Below, piece after piece: positions 11,701-21,339 of a stretch of 64,000 nt of DNA (position 1 is its first letter; the number at the start of each line of letters is the position of its first letter). A program made the translations under genes and the position numbers. The stretch lies in NCBI GenBank assembly GCA_000165345.1, contig CM000435.1, positions 192,001 to 256,000 of the forward strand, written 5' to 3'. Below the pieces are notes generated by a model. That model was not told where the DNA came from and searched no databases. It saw only the letters and a list, made by a program, of their open reading frames with translations.

Positions 11701-14700
11701 AAGTTACCAGTTCTACAAGATTCAAAGAATAATACATTTTCTGTCTCAAATTTACTTGAGATCTTATATAGTATTTTATCTTATGCAATTATTCCAGCTT
11801 TCTTAGATCAAAAATCTATATCTATAAAAATGGCATCTTTTAGGCTTTGTAAAGCAATACAAGATAAATTAAATCCAATTAATATCGAAAAAGTATTTGG
11901 GAATTCAAATTTGAAGTTTTCTGATATTTTATTAAGCTATAATAATTCTAATGATACCGGTACCGATTTTAATTATACAAATAATCATTTAAGATCATGT
12001 TATTTAAATAAATTTGGTCCAAAAATTCATCAAGTTTTAGAGGTTATTGATTCATTACTAAATCATCAATCTGAAGTTATTGTTGAAAATAATTTTCAAA
12101 ATCTTTTTGAAATTATTTTTAAAGATAATAATAAATCTATTAATATACCCGGTACCTTATTAATGTTAAATTTGGTAATGACCTTTGAAATGGCTTTTAC
12201 TAGTAAATTTATTCAAAAAATTGATTTAAATTATACACTTTTATCAGATTATGTGAGAAAGAACTTTATTTTTGGCAGTATTGATTCAAATTATCATGAG
12301 ATCTTGATAAATATTTCTAAAAGTTTCTTAATTAAAAATGAATATATCGATCATCATATTATTATTGGATTATCATTCTTAAAACAAGGGATCGATAATT
12401 TGGTTGATTATATTGATAAACAAGAACAAATTGATACAATAAAAGAACTAATACTCGAATATTTGAATGTTATTCAGAGATTTGAAAAAGAATTCCAATA
12501 TTTTGTTTTGATCAAAGAAAGTAATTTGGCTAAACAAGTTTTCTGTGAAATATTATTAACATTTTTAAATGAGAAGATTACCCAATATCTGAAAAGTGAT
12601 CATGAATTTGCTTCTTTTGTCGTTGGAATAATTTCTCAAATTATACAATATTCTCCAGAAAGCATTAAAAAAGTATCTTTATCTCAATATATTCAAAGTA
12701 AATCATTGGAAAGATTGGATCTTTTGATTTGTAGTTTATTGGAATATTGTTTAAAAGATGAACATTCTAAAAGATCAAATTCTAATTTCAAATTAAATAA
12801 TGATTCAGATACCGTATTTAATGAGCAAATAATCTTGGAATGGATTTATTGTGATTTGAATCTAGTTAATATTGAAATCTTGAATGATCAAAAAGAAGTT
12901 GAATATACATTTAATAAAGATCTTATTTGTCAAACTTTAAGATATTTAGAAATTAATAGAAATAGATTAAAAAGAAATCATCATGAAGAAATGGATCTTG
13001 ATATTCTATTTAAGACTGAGATTTACTTGATTAGAATATTAGATTTTGGAATTAAACTGAGATATACTCAATTTAAAGATTTAGAACCAATTTTGAATTA
13101 CTTTGAAATTACTGAAGAAACTAATAATAGAGTTGAAATCTCCAAGTTTATTTTAAATCCTATGATCATATCTTCAATTACAAGTCTTTTTTCAAGTATT
13201 AAAATAAAATCAAAGAATAAAGACTCAATGGATCACTCAAAATCATACTTTAAAATTTGTAAGATCTTATTTTCTATTTATATGAATTTGGCAAAAAATA
13301 CACATGGTGGTATCGATCAAAAGAATTATACAATAAAATCAACATTTTATTCTTTGAATCTATTTGTTAACCATAGCTTACAAGATTGTATATATTTTGA
13401 TCATTCTAGTAAAGAAAGAATGAAAGGTATCTTATTCAAGATCTTAATAAGTGAACAAATTAAAGAGATTGTTGAGACAAATAAATTTAATCAAATACAT
13501 GAGATACTTGATTTTATGGAGAAACTTCATAATGATGTTATTTATTGCCAAAACGTACATAGATTTAAAAAGAGTCAAGGAATTTTCATGATCATTAGAT
13601 ATTATCTAAATATGAACCAAGACTCTCAATCTGAAGATCTTGAACAATTAATTAAACATCTTTTGAAGAATCAATTATTTGATACAAGAACAAATGTTTA
13701 TAAGGATTTACTTCTTAATGTTCAAAATGAAATGGAAATTTTAATGAAATTTGAAGATCATGATCATAATAATCATGGATTTGAAACAAGAAAAGTTATT
13801 CTTGAGAATCTTATATTAATGACAAAAACTATCATTTATTTCTTAAATAAAACTTTATTAACTACAGAAATAAAATCAAATGAATCTCAAGATTTACTTG
13901 AATTATTTGATAGCTTAATTTTAATTAAAACTTTAATGAATAAAAAAATCTTAAAAAAACTCGGTACCGTACTAAAAAATAACGAGACAGATCTTGAAAT
14001 GAATGAAAAACTTAAATCCAGAATTGACAAATTAGAAAAAGAGTATTTAATCAATTCAATAGGATTGGATAAAGATTTTCAACATTATGATAATGAGGAA
14101 TATGTTATTAAGACTATTCAAAAAGATATTGATCAATTAATTCAAAGTATTATTGAAGATGATAGTATGAAGAAATATCTTATTGTTCATTGGGATTTAT
14201 CTAAAGATTCAGGTTTTGAAGTTTTAAAGAATTTAAGAAAAAGATTCTATTCTTTATTAATAAGTAATAAAATTGATTCTTTGGGTATTATTTTAAAAGA
14301 ATCTTTAGATAAGAAGCTTAAAATTTCTATAGATTTTAGATCTTCTTCAATTAATAATCATGATCAAGTAAAACAAGAATCTAATGTATTTAATACAATA
14401 CAATATCTTTTAGATATTATGATTTCTAGTAAAGAATTTAAAAATTCATTCAAATATAGATCAAAAACCCAAAAAGATCTTCATGTATTAGATGAGAGTA
14501 TGGATACTGGTACTGAATCAGAAAGTGAAGAAAATGAAAAAGAAGATTTGAGATCAAAGTTGAAGTTATGGATCAAAAATTGGTATATTATAGATTTAAT
14601 TCTCAAAGTTGTTAAAACACAAGGAGAAGAAAGACAAAAAGATCAATTTAATAAATTAATCTTTTCAAAAATTATGAGTTTCTATAATAGTCAAGAAAAT

Positions 14701-17061
14701 ATGCATGATGGATATGGAATAGTTTTCAAGATCCCATTAATACAGAATTTCTTATTAGAGAAGATTTCAAAATTAGAAAAGACTGATACTATAACTATCT
14801 TAAATGAAATACAAATTATTCTTGAAGATACAATACGTACAATCAAACTTTTAAATAGTAATTCAAATATTTTTGAATATATTCATATTCTAGAGGATAG
14901 AAAAGTCAAATCTATATTAATTTCTATGATAACTTCAAGTTACAAAGATTTAGATAATGATGAAAATGATGAATTTAAAACAAGAAAAGCTTTATTACTA
15001 CCTTATTTAGCTTTGTTAAATACATTACTAAGTTCAAATATTGGTTCAGTAATGATGAATGCAGAAACAAGAAAGGAGATCTTAATAAATGTATTATTAC
15101 ATGATAGTATGGTACCGTATTATGATCTTAATATATTAACAAATCTATTAAAGAGTGAAAGAACGAGAAAATCTAAATTTAATACAAGAAAAGAGAAATA
15201 TAAACAAGATAAATCTTTAGAAAATCATATTGAAGATTTAACAATGTTAGATAAAAATAAAAGTAATAGTAATCACAAATTGAATTTTTATTTGGAAGAA
15301 TTGGACAAAAATATTAACTCTTCATCTGGAATATTAATAGAAGGAGGTACTTTGGAGAATTATTTAGTAAGAATTCTCTTAATTTATTGTAATTTAACAA
15401 GTTCACCAACATCTCATTCTTATAATGAGGACTTTATTGGAGGATATAGTCAAGTACTTAAAGAGATTTCTTCAGAATTATTTTCAAAATTAAATTTAGA
15501 AGAAGGTACCGGTATTAAAAAGATATTAAAAGATCATGGAATAAATATATATTATTCAAAATTGACCAATTTAGTTTTAATTGTTTCATTTTCATTAAAT
15601 TTCATGGATGCTGGTAAATTGATTACAGAAAAGTCATTTATTGAAAGATTTTCTCAATTTTATCTTTTATTGGTGAATTTATTAATAATAAACTTCTCAA
15701 AATTACATTCAATTAAGGAGACAGAATTGAAAATGTTAGAAGAAGATTCTACAGATTCTAAGATTGGAAATAGTTTAGAAAAGTTATCAGGTAGAAAAAG
15801 AACAGAGGAGGAGAAAGATGATAATTATAATAGGAGAAATAATATGAAAAGTAATAATAATAATAGAGGAAAAGAGGAATCTTTGAATGGTTTTATTTCA
15901 AATATATTTGGAGTAGATGTATTATTATCCCATGGTTGTGTGAATCCAAAATGGTTTGATTTAGATATTAAAGATCTTAAGAAATTATCAAACTTAAAAT
16001 CGAATAATACATTTACAAATTTGAAGATCTGGAAATTAGAATCAAGTATTTCAACTTTAATATCAGTATTTGTATTAAAACTGAATGCAAAAAGATTAAG
16101 AGAATTTATATTATTAATAAAAAGATTGATTCATAGAAATGGTGAGAGTTTTCTTTCAAAAGTAAGTTCAATGACAAAGAAATCTGATGATTCAAAGACT
16201 GCAAGTAATTCTGATAAGAAGGCAATAAAAGATCTATATGAAGAGATTTCTTCTTCAGAAAGTTCAACATTAATTAAAGATATTTATTCTTGCAGAATTT
16301 GGATTTTAATTTTATTAGCAGTATTTGAATCAACAGGTGAATATGGTATATATTGTCTTATAGATGACGTGGCATTGGATGTGAAATCAATTTGTGATTT
16401 AACTCAAATGAATGCTTTAACATGCGTTCAGAATATTACAATATCTCAATATAGAAATATTCATAGTCCAAGTAAAAGATCACCAAATCATCAACAGATT
16501 GCTAATTTGAGTCATTTAGATAATGAGCTTGGTTGGTACTGGTACCATTTAGGTATATATAATTTAATATTAATAAAGATAATTTATTTAAATTTATCAG
16601 TACAAAATGAAGAATCAAAAGATGTACCAAATTCAATAGAAGATTATTTAGTAAATCCAATAGTTACAAATTTGGATATGTTTGCTTTATTTGAGCCAGG
16701 CTCAACTAAAAATTTAACAGGCTGTGGAAAACAATGGGATCTTATTTTGAGTGATATTTGGATTCATTCAATAAGATGTTTTAGAAGTAATGATTTAATA
16801 TTGGCTGGAATTATTAGATTATTGGTGAATAAAATAAGAAATGGTAATGATCAGGTTAGAATGTTCTCAGCAGAAGTTTTACTTAAGCTTTGGAAGGATG
16901 AAATATGTTCGATTACAATTTTGTCTCATTTATCAGATATTCTTCCTACAATTAAGGAACTTCTAAGTGACCATTCTGAGGAGATGATTAATATTACTAA
17001 ATCAATAGTCAAAAAGATTGAAGAAAGAACAGGAGAAGATATTTCCAAACAACTTTGCTAG
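8731..17061 (+). CDS. HEATR1: HEAT-repeat protein HEATR1 / UTP10 (U3 snoRNP t-UTP component, small-subunit processome), 2776 aa
   Basis: The N-terminal U3snoRNP10-like block LVPYFLLESAKICIEYLIQAYDINVLLGEYLFYSFLPYHDMAEFCQLIRTL aligns to human HEATR1 LSPYFLLKPAQKCLEWLIHRFHIHLYNQDSLIACVLPYHETRIFVRVIQLL. The C-terminal BP28CT-like HEAT tail DQVRMFSAEVLLKLW...ILPTIKELLSDHSEEMINITKSIVKKIEERTGEDISKQL matches the HEATR1 tail pattern KVRFAAL...LLPESIPFLAELMEDECEEVEHQCQKTIQQLE..GEPLQ. Confidence 0.75.
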   Translation: MSTELQKQINFQLRNNELTFLSQRALKVNRNKKERISFLFDTSNTEFHSRKGLKPDNRIPIYEDLGRLRYLAEQGLMELESLNPRISHESFNEFFENTDVPSIQMLTKQEAGEMLRKLERLIDFLVPYFLLESAKICIEYLIQAYDINVLLGEYLFYSFLPYHDMAEFCQLIRTLDIPENSEIKGLVDSIKTTRTVITSRSYLSSILIRNPALFKNIVIFWEKRLETFQLTKNIPLTNLITWLVIEIIEDLSRSKDLKNLHIFLESIIEIIIFGTCLKGSQYEELRSTGYCILYKLSTPLLSLSNETQVRIIDELFKSISRNQTYSPNYLSETILLMNHILTQFGTLTHYEYLDHEISEFIIENQAIFISAFKQLSEWESDFLQILALITKSIINFGVNQDQSFSRPCLNFFESILNCLGNSSSLLLMDERQSKMIKVIILSLIDVYSQDQIQNPFFGNIIKILHTNYPSELLSALSFSLNVSSSPQSQLFELKEKAQMFVDIVLKEEEEAKSDSGILQSKEGESSRMFLTLLNSQDKSVLNSCLDMIINLIKKSSKNPSEITQFEKRVFELSLRHFLGSFNDESGKQNNFGEEYALKILSLPQTIEISKFLDLEDIPSQDQGHRDLQKQWRVNLIFKSFLFYFKSKITSGYSTLIKYFSKEISSELNLKDHQNGNFNIEAMIMESTFSHIFGQNFETNLMDLFKSFSIILENDTFELKNQMNNLDVILMENSDIFIPLFTLISHENLSFSQDLKKSSTRLLALMYKNDQINTYFKQILFKSSVNCLEISLILLSLKKLNLDLRSSYLLPNHSFSKFGIYLNNDQEIISLLETLYYKFYYYISSAIRPLKNDKKISNQLVGIYILIIFRSTLQIVSSRRDHFILYYKLLNISLVDTLDIGILSTNHLGLPLFQMINSCFDSNNEKKNKKISILVINLTRNLFNILSQSGSASFNLDYLNNDQSYSIFYGKNVYLDTLISHSYSFLEIITSKLPVLQDSKNNTFSVSNLLEILYSILSYAIIPAFLDQKSISIKMASFRLCKAIQDKLNPINIEKVFGNSNLKFSDILLSYNNSNDTGTDFNYTNNHLRSCYLNKFGPKIHQVLEVIDSLLNHQSEVIVENNFQNLFEIIFKDNNKSINIPGTLLMLNLVMTFEMAFTSKFIQKIDLNYTLLSDYVRKNFIFGSIDSNYHEILINISKSFLIKNEYIDHHIIIGLSFLKQGIDNLVDYIDKQEQIDTIKELILEYLNVIQRFEKEFQYFVLIKESNLAKQVFCEILLTFLNEKITQYLKSDHEFASFVVGIISQIIQYSPESIKKVSLSQYIQSKSLERLDLLICSLLEYCLKDEHSKRSNSNFKLNNDSDTVFNEQIILEWIYCDLNLVNIEILNDQKEVEYTFNKDLICQTLRYLEINRNRLKRNHHEEMDLDILFKTEIYLIRILDFGIKLRYTQFKDLEPILNYFEITEETNNRVEISKFILNPMIISSITSLFSSIKIKSKNKDSMDHSKSYFKICKILFSIYMNLAKNTHGGIDQKNYTIKSTFYSLNLFVNHSLQDCIYFDHSSKERMKGILFKILISEQIKEIVETNKFNQIHEILDFMEKLHNDVIYCQNVHRFKKSQGIFMIIRYYLNMNQDSQSEDLEQLIKHLLKNQLFDTRTNVYKDLLLNVQNEMEILMKFEDHDHNNHGFETRKVILENLILMTKTIIYFLNKTLLTTEIKSNESQDLLELFDSLILIKTLMNKKILKKLGTVLKNNETDLEMNEKLKSRIDKLEKEYLINSIGLDKDFQHYDNEEYVIKTIQKDIDQLIQSIIEDDSMKKYLIVHWDLSKDSGFEVLKNLRKRFYSLLISNKIDSLGIILKESLDKKLKISIDFRSSSINNHDQVKQESNVFNTIQYLLDIMISSKEFKNSFKYRSKTQKDLHVLDESMDTGTESESEENEKEDLRSKLKLWIKNWYIIDLILKVVKTQGEERQKDQFNKLIFSKIMSFYNSQENMHDGYGIVFKIPLIQNFLLEKISKLEKTDTITILNEIQIILEDTIRTIKLLNSNSNIFEYIHILEDRKVKSILISMITSSYKDLDNDENDEFKTRKALLLPYLALLNTLLSSNIGSVMMNAETRKEILINVLLHDSMVPYYDLNILTNLLKSERTRKSKFNTRKEKYKQDKSLENHIEDLTMLDKNKSNSNHKLNFYLEELDKNINSSSGILIEGGTLENYLVRILLIYCNLTSSPTSHSYNEDFIGGYSQVLKEISSELFSKLNLEEGTGIKKILKDHGINIYYSKLTNLVLIVSFSLNFMDAGKLITEKSFIERFSQFYLLLVNLLIINFSKLHSIKETELKMLEEDSTDSKIGNSLEKLSGRKRTEEEKDDNYNRRNNMKSNNNNRGKEESLNGFISNIFGVDVLLSHGCVNPKWFDLDIKDLKKLSNLKSNNTFTNLKIWKLESSISTLISVFVLKLNAKRLREFILLIKRLIHRNGESFLSKVSSMTKKSDDSKTASNSDKKAIKDLYEEISSSESSTLIKDIYSCRIWILILLAVFESTGEYGIYCLIDDVALDVKSICDLTQMNALTCVQNITISQYRNIHSPSKRSPNHQQIANLSHLDNELGWYWYHLGIYNLILIKIIYLNLSVQNEESKDVPNSIEDYLVNPIVTNLDMFALFEPGSTKNLTGCGKQWDLILSDIWIHSIRCFRSNDLILAGIIRLLVNKIRNGNDQVRMFSAEVLLKLWKDEICSITILSHLSDILPTIKELLSDHSEEMINITKSIVKKIEERTGEDISKQLC

Positions 17062-17416
17062 TAAATTATTAATAGAGAAAAAAAAGAGGTACCTAAATGA
17101 GCCTTCATGCATGCATGCGTATGAATATGCATGCATGCATACCGTGACACGTAATTGTATATAAACATAAAATTTAGATTTTCTATCCATTATTTCCGTG
17201 TTTATTATTTATTTGTTGATTTGATTTGATTTTTTGTTCTCTTACTAATTAATTAAAGTAAAAGTTTTGATGATTAGGGCGAAATGAGTGTAATTATAAT
17301 TCGTTCATAATGGCGGAATGATGGAAAGAGCAGTAAAGATATATTGTGGTTGGATGATGCGGTAAATATAATTTAGATGATAAAGAATAGAATAAGTTAA
17401 TTCAAATATTACAAAA

Positions 17417-18211
17417 TTAATTTGCCCTTTCCACTGCTTTAATAACTTCCTTTGCATTTTCCGACCATTTTCTGAATGTTTCAATAGCATCAGTAATAAA
17501 GCTATTAGAAGTCTCATCAGCATCTTTAAGTTGTTTATCAACTTGGGAAATCTGTGTTTGAAGTTCATGGAACTCTTTTGTAAGTTGATCCAGATTTGTT
17601 CTAAGCTTGGAATTTAATTCTAATAGAAATTTCTCCTCTTCAACAATAATAAGTGATTTAGCTTTTTCAACCACAGGAACCAATCTATCAACCATTAAAC
17701 ACTCTTCCTTATCTTTTTGAGTATGTATTCTAGCAAGATCAGCAGCTGATAGCTTATATACTTCCTGTCCAAGCTCTTCAACTAAAGCTAATCTCTCATC
17801 CACAATATCTAACTTATATTGAATCTTGAATTTTTCTGAATTTATACGAAAAATTTCAATCAATTTGAGTTTGAGCTCGTGTAAAAAGCACTTATATTTG
17901 CTCATAATATCCATATAGACATCATTTGGAAGATCTCCAAATGGCCGAATGATATCTGTCAGTGATGGAATACTTGAAACTACTCCAACCAATTCTTTTT
18001 CCCCCTTCTTGCTATCATTTTCATTCTCTCCAAATCTCCATTTACTTCCCCATTCTGTATCGCTATCCTTATTCCTATTCAATTTACTTTCTCCAGTTAC
18101 CTGGATTGTGTTAGCATCTTTATTTTCATCAATAATAAAACCTTTCGTCTTCCCAATCCATTGATTGAGAATTTGATGATATCTCGAAGCTTTCATTTTT
18201 TCTTGTCTCAC
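17417..18211 (-). CDS. Hypothetical protein, 264 aa, C-terminal half predicted coiled-coil. No family recognised.
   Basis: Complete ORF with compositional and codon-usage continuity. E2F/GC-box and TGCATGCATGC motifs lie 300-350 bp upstream (18514-18565). Confidence 0.55.
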   Translation of the reverse strand: MRQEKMKASRYHQILNQWIGKTKGFIIDENKDANTIQVTGESKLNRNKDSDTEWGSKWRFGENENDSKKGEKELVGVVSSIPSLTDIIRPFGDLPNDVYMDIMSKYKCFLHELKLKLIEIFRINSEKFKIQYKLDIVDERLALVEELGQEVYKLSAADLARIHTQKDKEECLMVDRLVPVVEKAKSLIIVEEEKFLLELNSKLRTNLDQLTKEFHELQTQISQVDKQLKDADETSNSFITDAIETFRKWSENAKEVIKAVERAN

Positions 18212-18639
18212 ATTAATCTTTAATTTATTCTAAAATAATTAAATCTCATGAGAAAGAAATCTTTACCAATATAATATTACTAAACCCCACCCCAACAGCT
18301 TCCGCTTCCTCTTTTCTTAAGCCCTTTGTACCGAATCTCACTTATGAAAGAACACAGTAAAAAAAAATGCAACTTTTTTTCAATAGCAAAAATCTTTGCC
18401 AAGTTCACCGTCCTTTATCCGCTCTATTCTCCAATTCCTCCACCCTTAAATTCAAAAAAAAAAAAAATCAACAATGCTTTCTAAAAAATTATACTTATGG
18501 GGGCTCAAGAAAAGCCCGCCCTAAAACATACCGGCTCCCCACATTGCATGCATGCTTGTGGCGCCTGTTTGCTTGCAATGACTAACTATAAAAGCGTAAA
18601 ACGGTTTTAAGGTTTAAAAAAGGAGAATCAGAGTTCTCA

Positions 18640-20400
18640 CTATTTTTTAGGTTTCTGTTTCTGTTTTTGGCGGTGATTGCTCTGTCTGGAAGATGCTACA
18701 GCTGCAGCAGATGCCTCAAGTGTTGGGAGCCCAGGAATAACATACTCATTCTTGGGCTTTTGTTGTACATTAACAACAGTTGGGACATTATTGGAATCTC
18801 TAGCAGCTCTCATCCTCTCAGCGAATCCACTACTTGCCCATTTTGGTCTGTAGATTTGTTTTTCTGGCTGAGGTTTTGAGTTAAATTCCCTTCCAGGAGA
18901 AACTGATCTATATTTCACTGAGCGTCTATAATCAGCAGTCTTTGGAGACCAATAAGCTGAGTAAAGTGTGTCGAAGTTGACTCTTTTAAGCAAATCACCA
19001 TTATATCTAAAGATCCGAATCGCATTATCTACTCTAAGTCTGGGAGAGGTAGTAGAAGCCAGTAGAAACCTTCCACAAACTGACCATTCAAGAGTAATAC
19101 AACAAGAAGCATTAGTTTGGCCAATAAGCTTCTGTTTATCAAGATCCCAAATATCTAGATCTCCTGCAAGGTTTCCAAACCCTCCATATGCAAACCATTT
19201 TCCTGAAGGGTTCCATCTAATTGTATTTCTTCTGGATTTCCCAAAGCTAACTTTAGGAGAGCCATCAATCCCACTATTCAAAGTCAGCTCTGGAGGAATA
19301 ATTCCCTTACATAAGAGAAATTCATTGGATTTTGGAGACCAAGCAACATCATTCACAGGACCTTCTTCTGGTGGAACAACCACTTGATGTCTTAGACTCA
19401 GCTTCTCTGAGGGTTTAAAACCATCGCTTCCATTTTTATTTCCATTTTCAAGATCATTATTTCCTCCTTTATTTCCTTTCCAAGCACTATTTGCCACAAC
19501 AGTCTTAGAGTTTTGAATTCGAAGTAGATGCAGACTTGAAGATCCAAAATAAGATTTTCCCAAAGTTTCACCTTCAATTTGAGCAAACACTAAAATACTA
19601 TCCCCTGAGTTATTCCAAGAAACTTGACATGTTTGAGCTTCTTTTACACAAACTTGTCCAATTGAGCTAAGCTGGATCTCTTTTTTGCTGTCCATCTCTG
19701 CATGGTATACATATACATCCATATTTTGTGCAGATTGGGGAGTTACTACTGTAAAGTTCAAGCTACTCAATTTAGATCCTTCTTCTCCTAAATCACTTCC
19801 TCCATCAATCTCGTTAGAAACTGAAAGTTGTATACTTTTTGAGAAATTTAAAGTTCCTATAGGATTTTCCAGGCTTTCAGTATCGCTTTTAAATATTGAT
19901 ACACTGGTATCTTGGACTTTAAATACAAAGATCTCATTATTACTCCATCTATATGGAGGCCAAGTACTAAGAACTTTTGCACTGTTTGTTTTAAAAGGAA
20001 AAGAAAACAGTAATTTTACATTTTCCTTCAGTTTGTAAACTTGTAGGTTATTTTCATTCTTTCCTTGTTCAAATACTGTTAAAACCAATAAATAACTTCC
20101 TAATGGTGAATATTGCAACTTTCTAACTGGGAAATCATTCTCTATCTTAAGCTCCTTATTAACTTCACCTTCTCCTTTTGTTATTAAAATCACAGAATTC
20201 TTTGAATCCTTTGGTACAAAACAGTATCCTCTTCCTTGGGGTTCTTGGGCATAAATTTCAACACCTTCCAAAAATGGAATTGGATTGTTAACTGTTAATT
20301 CTTCAGAATTTACGTCATTCTTTGTCATTCCTCTAAGCCTATATACTCCTCCTTTTCCCAAACACACTATCTCGTCGTCATATTCCACCGCTCTAGACAT
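18640..20400 (-). CDS. EIF2A: Eukaryotic translation initiation factor 2A (eIF2A, 65 kDa WD40 beta-propeller protein), 586 aa
   Basis: WNPSGKWFAYGGFGNLAGDLDIWDL and ASTTSPRLRVDNAIRIFRYNGDLL align to the human eIF2A LAGFGNLRGQMEVWDV and TATCAPRLRVNNGYKIWHYTGSIL. There is no N-terminal RRM (so not eIF3b). The basic KQKQKPKK tail fits. Confidence 0.85.
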   Translation of the reverse strand: MSRAVEYDDEIVCLGKGGVYRLRGMTKNDVNSEELTVNNPIPFLEGVEIYAQEPQGRGYCFVPKDSKNSVILITKGEGEVNKELKIENDFPVRKLQYSPLGSYLLVLTVFEQGKNENNLQVYKLKENVKLLFSFPFKTNSAKVLSTWPPYRWSNNEIFVFKVQDTSVSIFKSDTESLENPIGTLNFSKSIQLSVSNEIDGGSDLGEEGSKLSSLNFTVVTPQSAQNMDVYVYHAEMDSKKEIQLSSIGQVCVKEAQTCQVSWNNSGDSILVFAQIEGETLGKSYFGSSSLHLLRIQNSKTVVANSAWKGNKGGNNDLENGNKNGSDGFKPSEKLSLRHQVVVPPEEGPVNDVAWSPKSNEFLLCKGIIPPELTLNSGIDGSPKVSFGKSRRNTIRWNPSGKWFAYGGFGNLAGDLDIWDLDKQKLIGQTNASCCITLEWSVCGRFLLASTTSPRLRVDNAIRIFRYNGDLLKRVNFDTLYSAYWSPKTADYRRSVKYRSVSPGREFNSKPQPEKQIYRPKWASSGFAERMRAARDSNNVPTVVNVQQKPKNEYVIPGLPTLEASAAAVASSRQSNHRQKQKQKPKK

Positions 20401-21339
20401 TTTCCAACTCTAATTACAATAAGTTTTCTTTATAATACAACTAGAAACTAATATTATATAATCTTTCTTTAATTAAAACAAAAATTTGTTTCCTCCTTCC
20501 CTTGTAGTCTCCTCCCACTCTCTTTTTATTTCTCTTTCTCTAACCTTCGTGATCTCGTACTTTCCTTTTTCTAGGTAATCCGAGCTCAAGATCCTAAAAT
20601 CTTCCTATTCCGTTCTCCGTAGTTTTCCAGCTTTTCTTCTCTCAGGGAATCCTATTTCTATTCTCCCCAAGTCTTATTTCCCTTTTTTTTCCTATTTTAC
20701 TATTATTTATTAATTTTTTTTCAAAGCTTTAGACGTATACCGGCGTCTCCCGCCTAAATGAAAATAAAGTGGGAATGAGAAATAAGGCAGAGAAAATAAA
20801 TCAAGGTTGAGGATTAAAGAATAGAAAAAAAGTGATTAAAGTAGTAGAGAATAATATAATTGGGAGTAAATAGTAATTTTGTGTATATATTTATATGAAC
20901 ACGTATATACAAATTCATTAGGTGATTGTGATCCAGTATTTGATCTTGTTATTTGTGTCTCAAAATCACTATCTTTGCCTATTTAGCCTTTGAATCAGTA
21001 AATATAAATATTAAATATATATATATAAGGTAACCGGGTACTATGACTTAAGAATTAAAGCAGGCTTTATTTCTCTACTTTGTTACTTTAAAAAAGAAGA
21101 AAATTAGTTATATTACAACTTTTAAAACTAATATTATAAAAATAAATAGATCTGGATCTTAAGTTATTAAGGGTAACTGTAAATTTGGATTAATATATTC
21201 CCATATTTAAATATACTAAAGCTCGATTATTAATTCAATAATTGAAATTTTTTCTTTATCCAGTATTGAATTAAGTTAGTGTGGAGAAACAAATCGAATT
21301 TTTAACATAAAAAGAGGATCAAATTGCTTCTACAATAAA

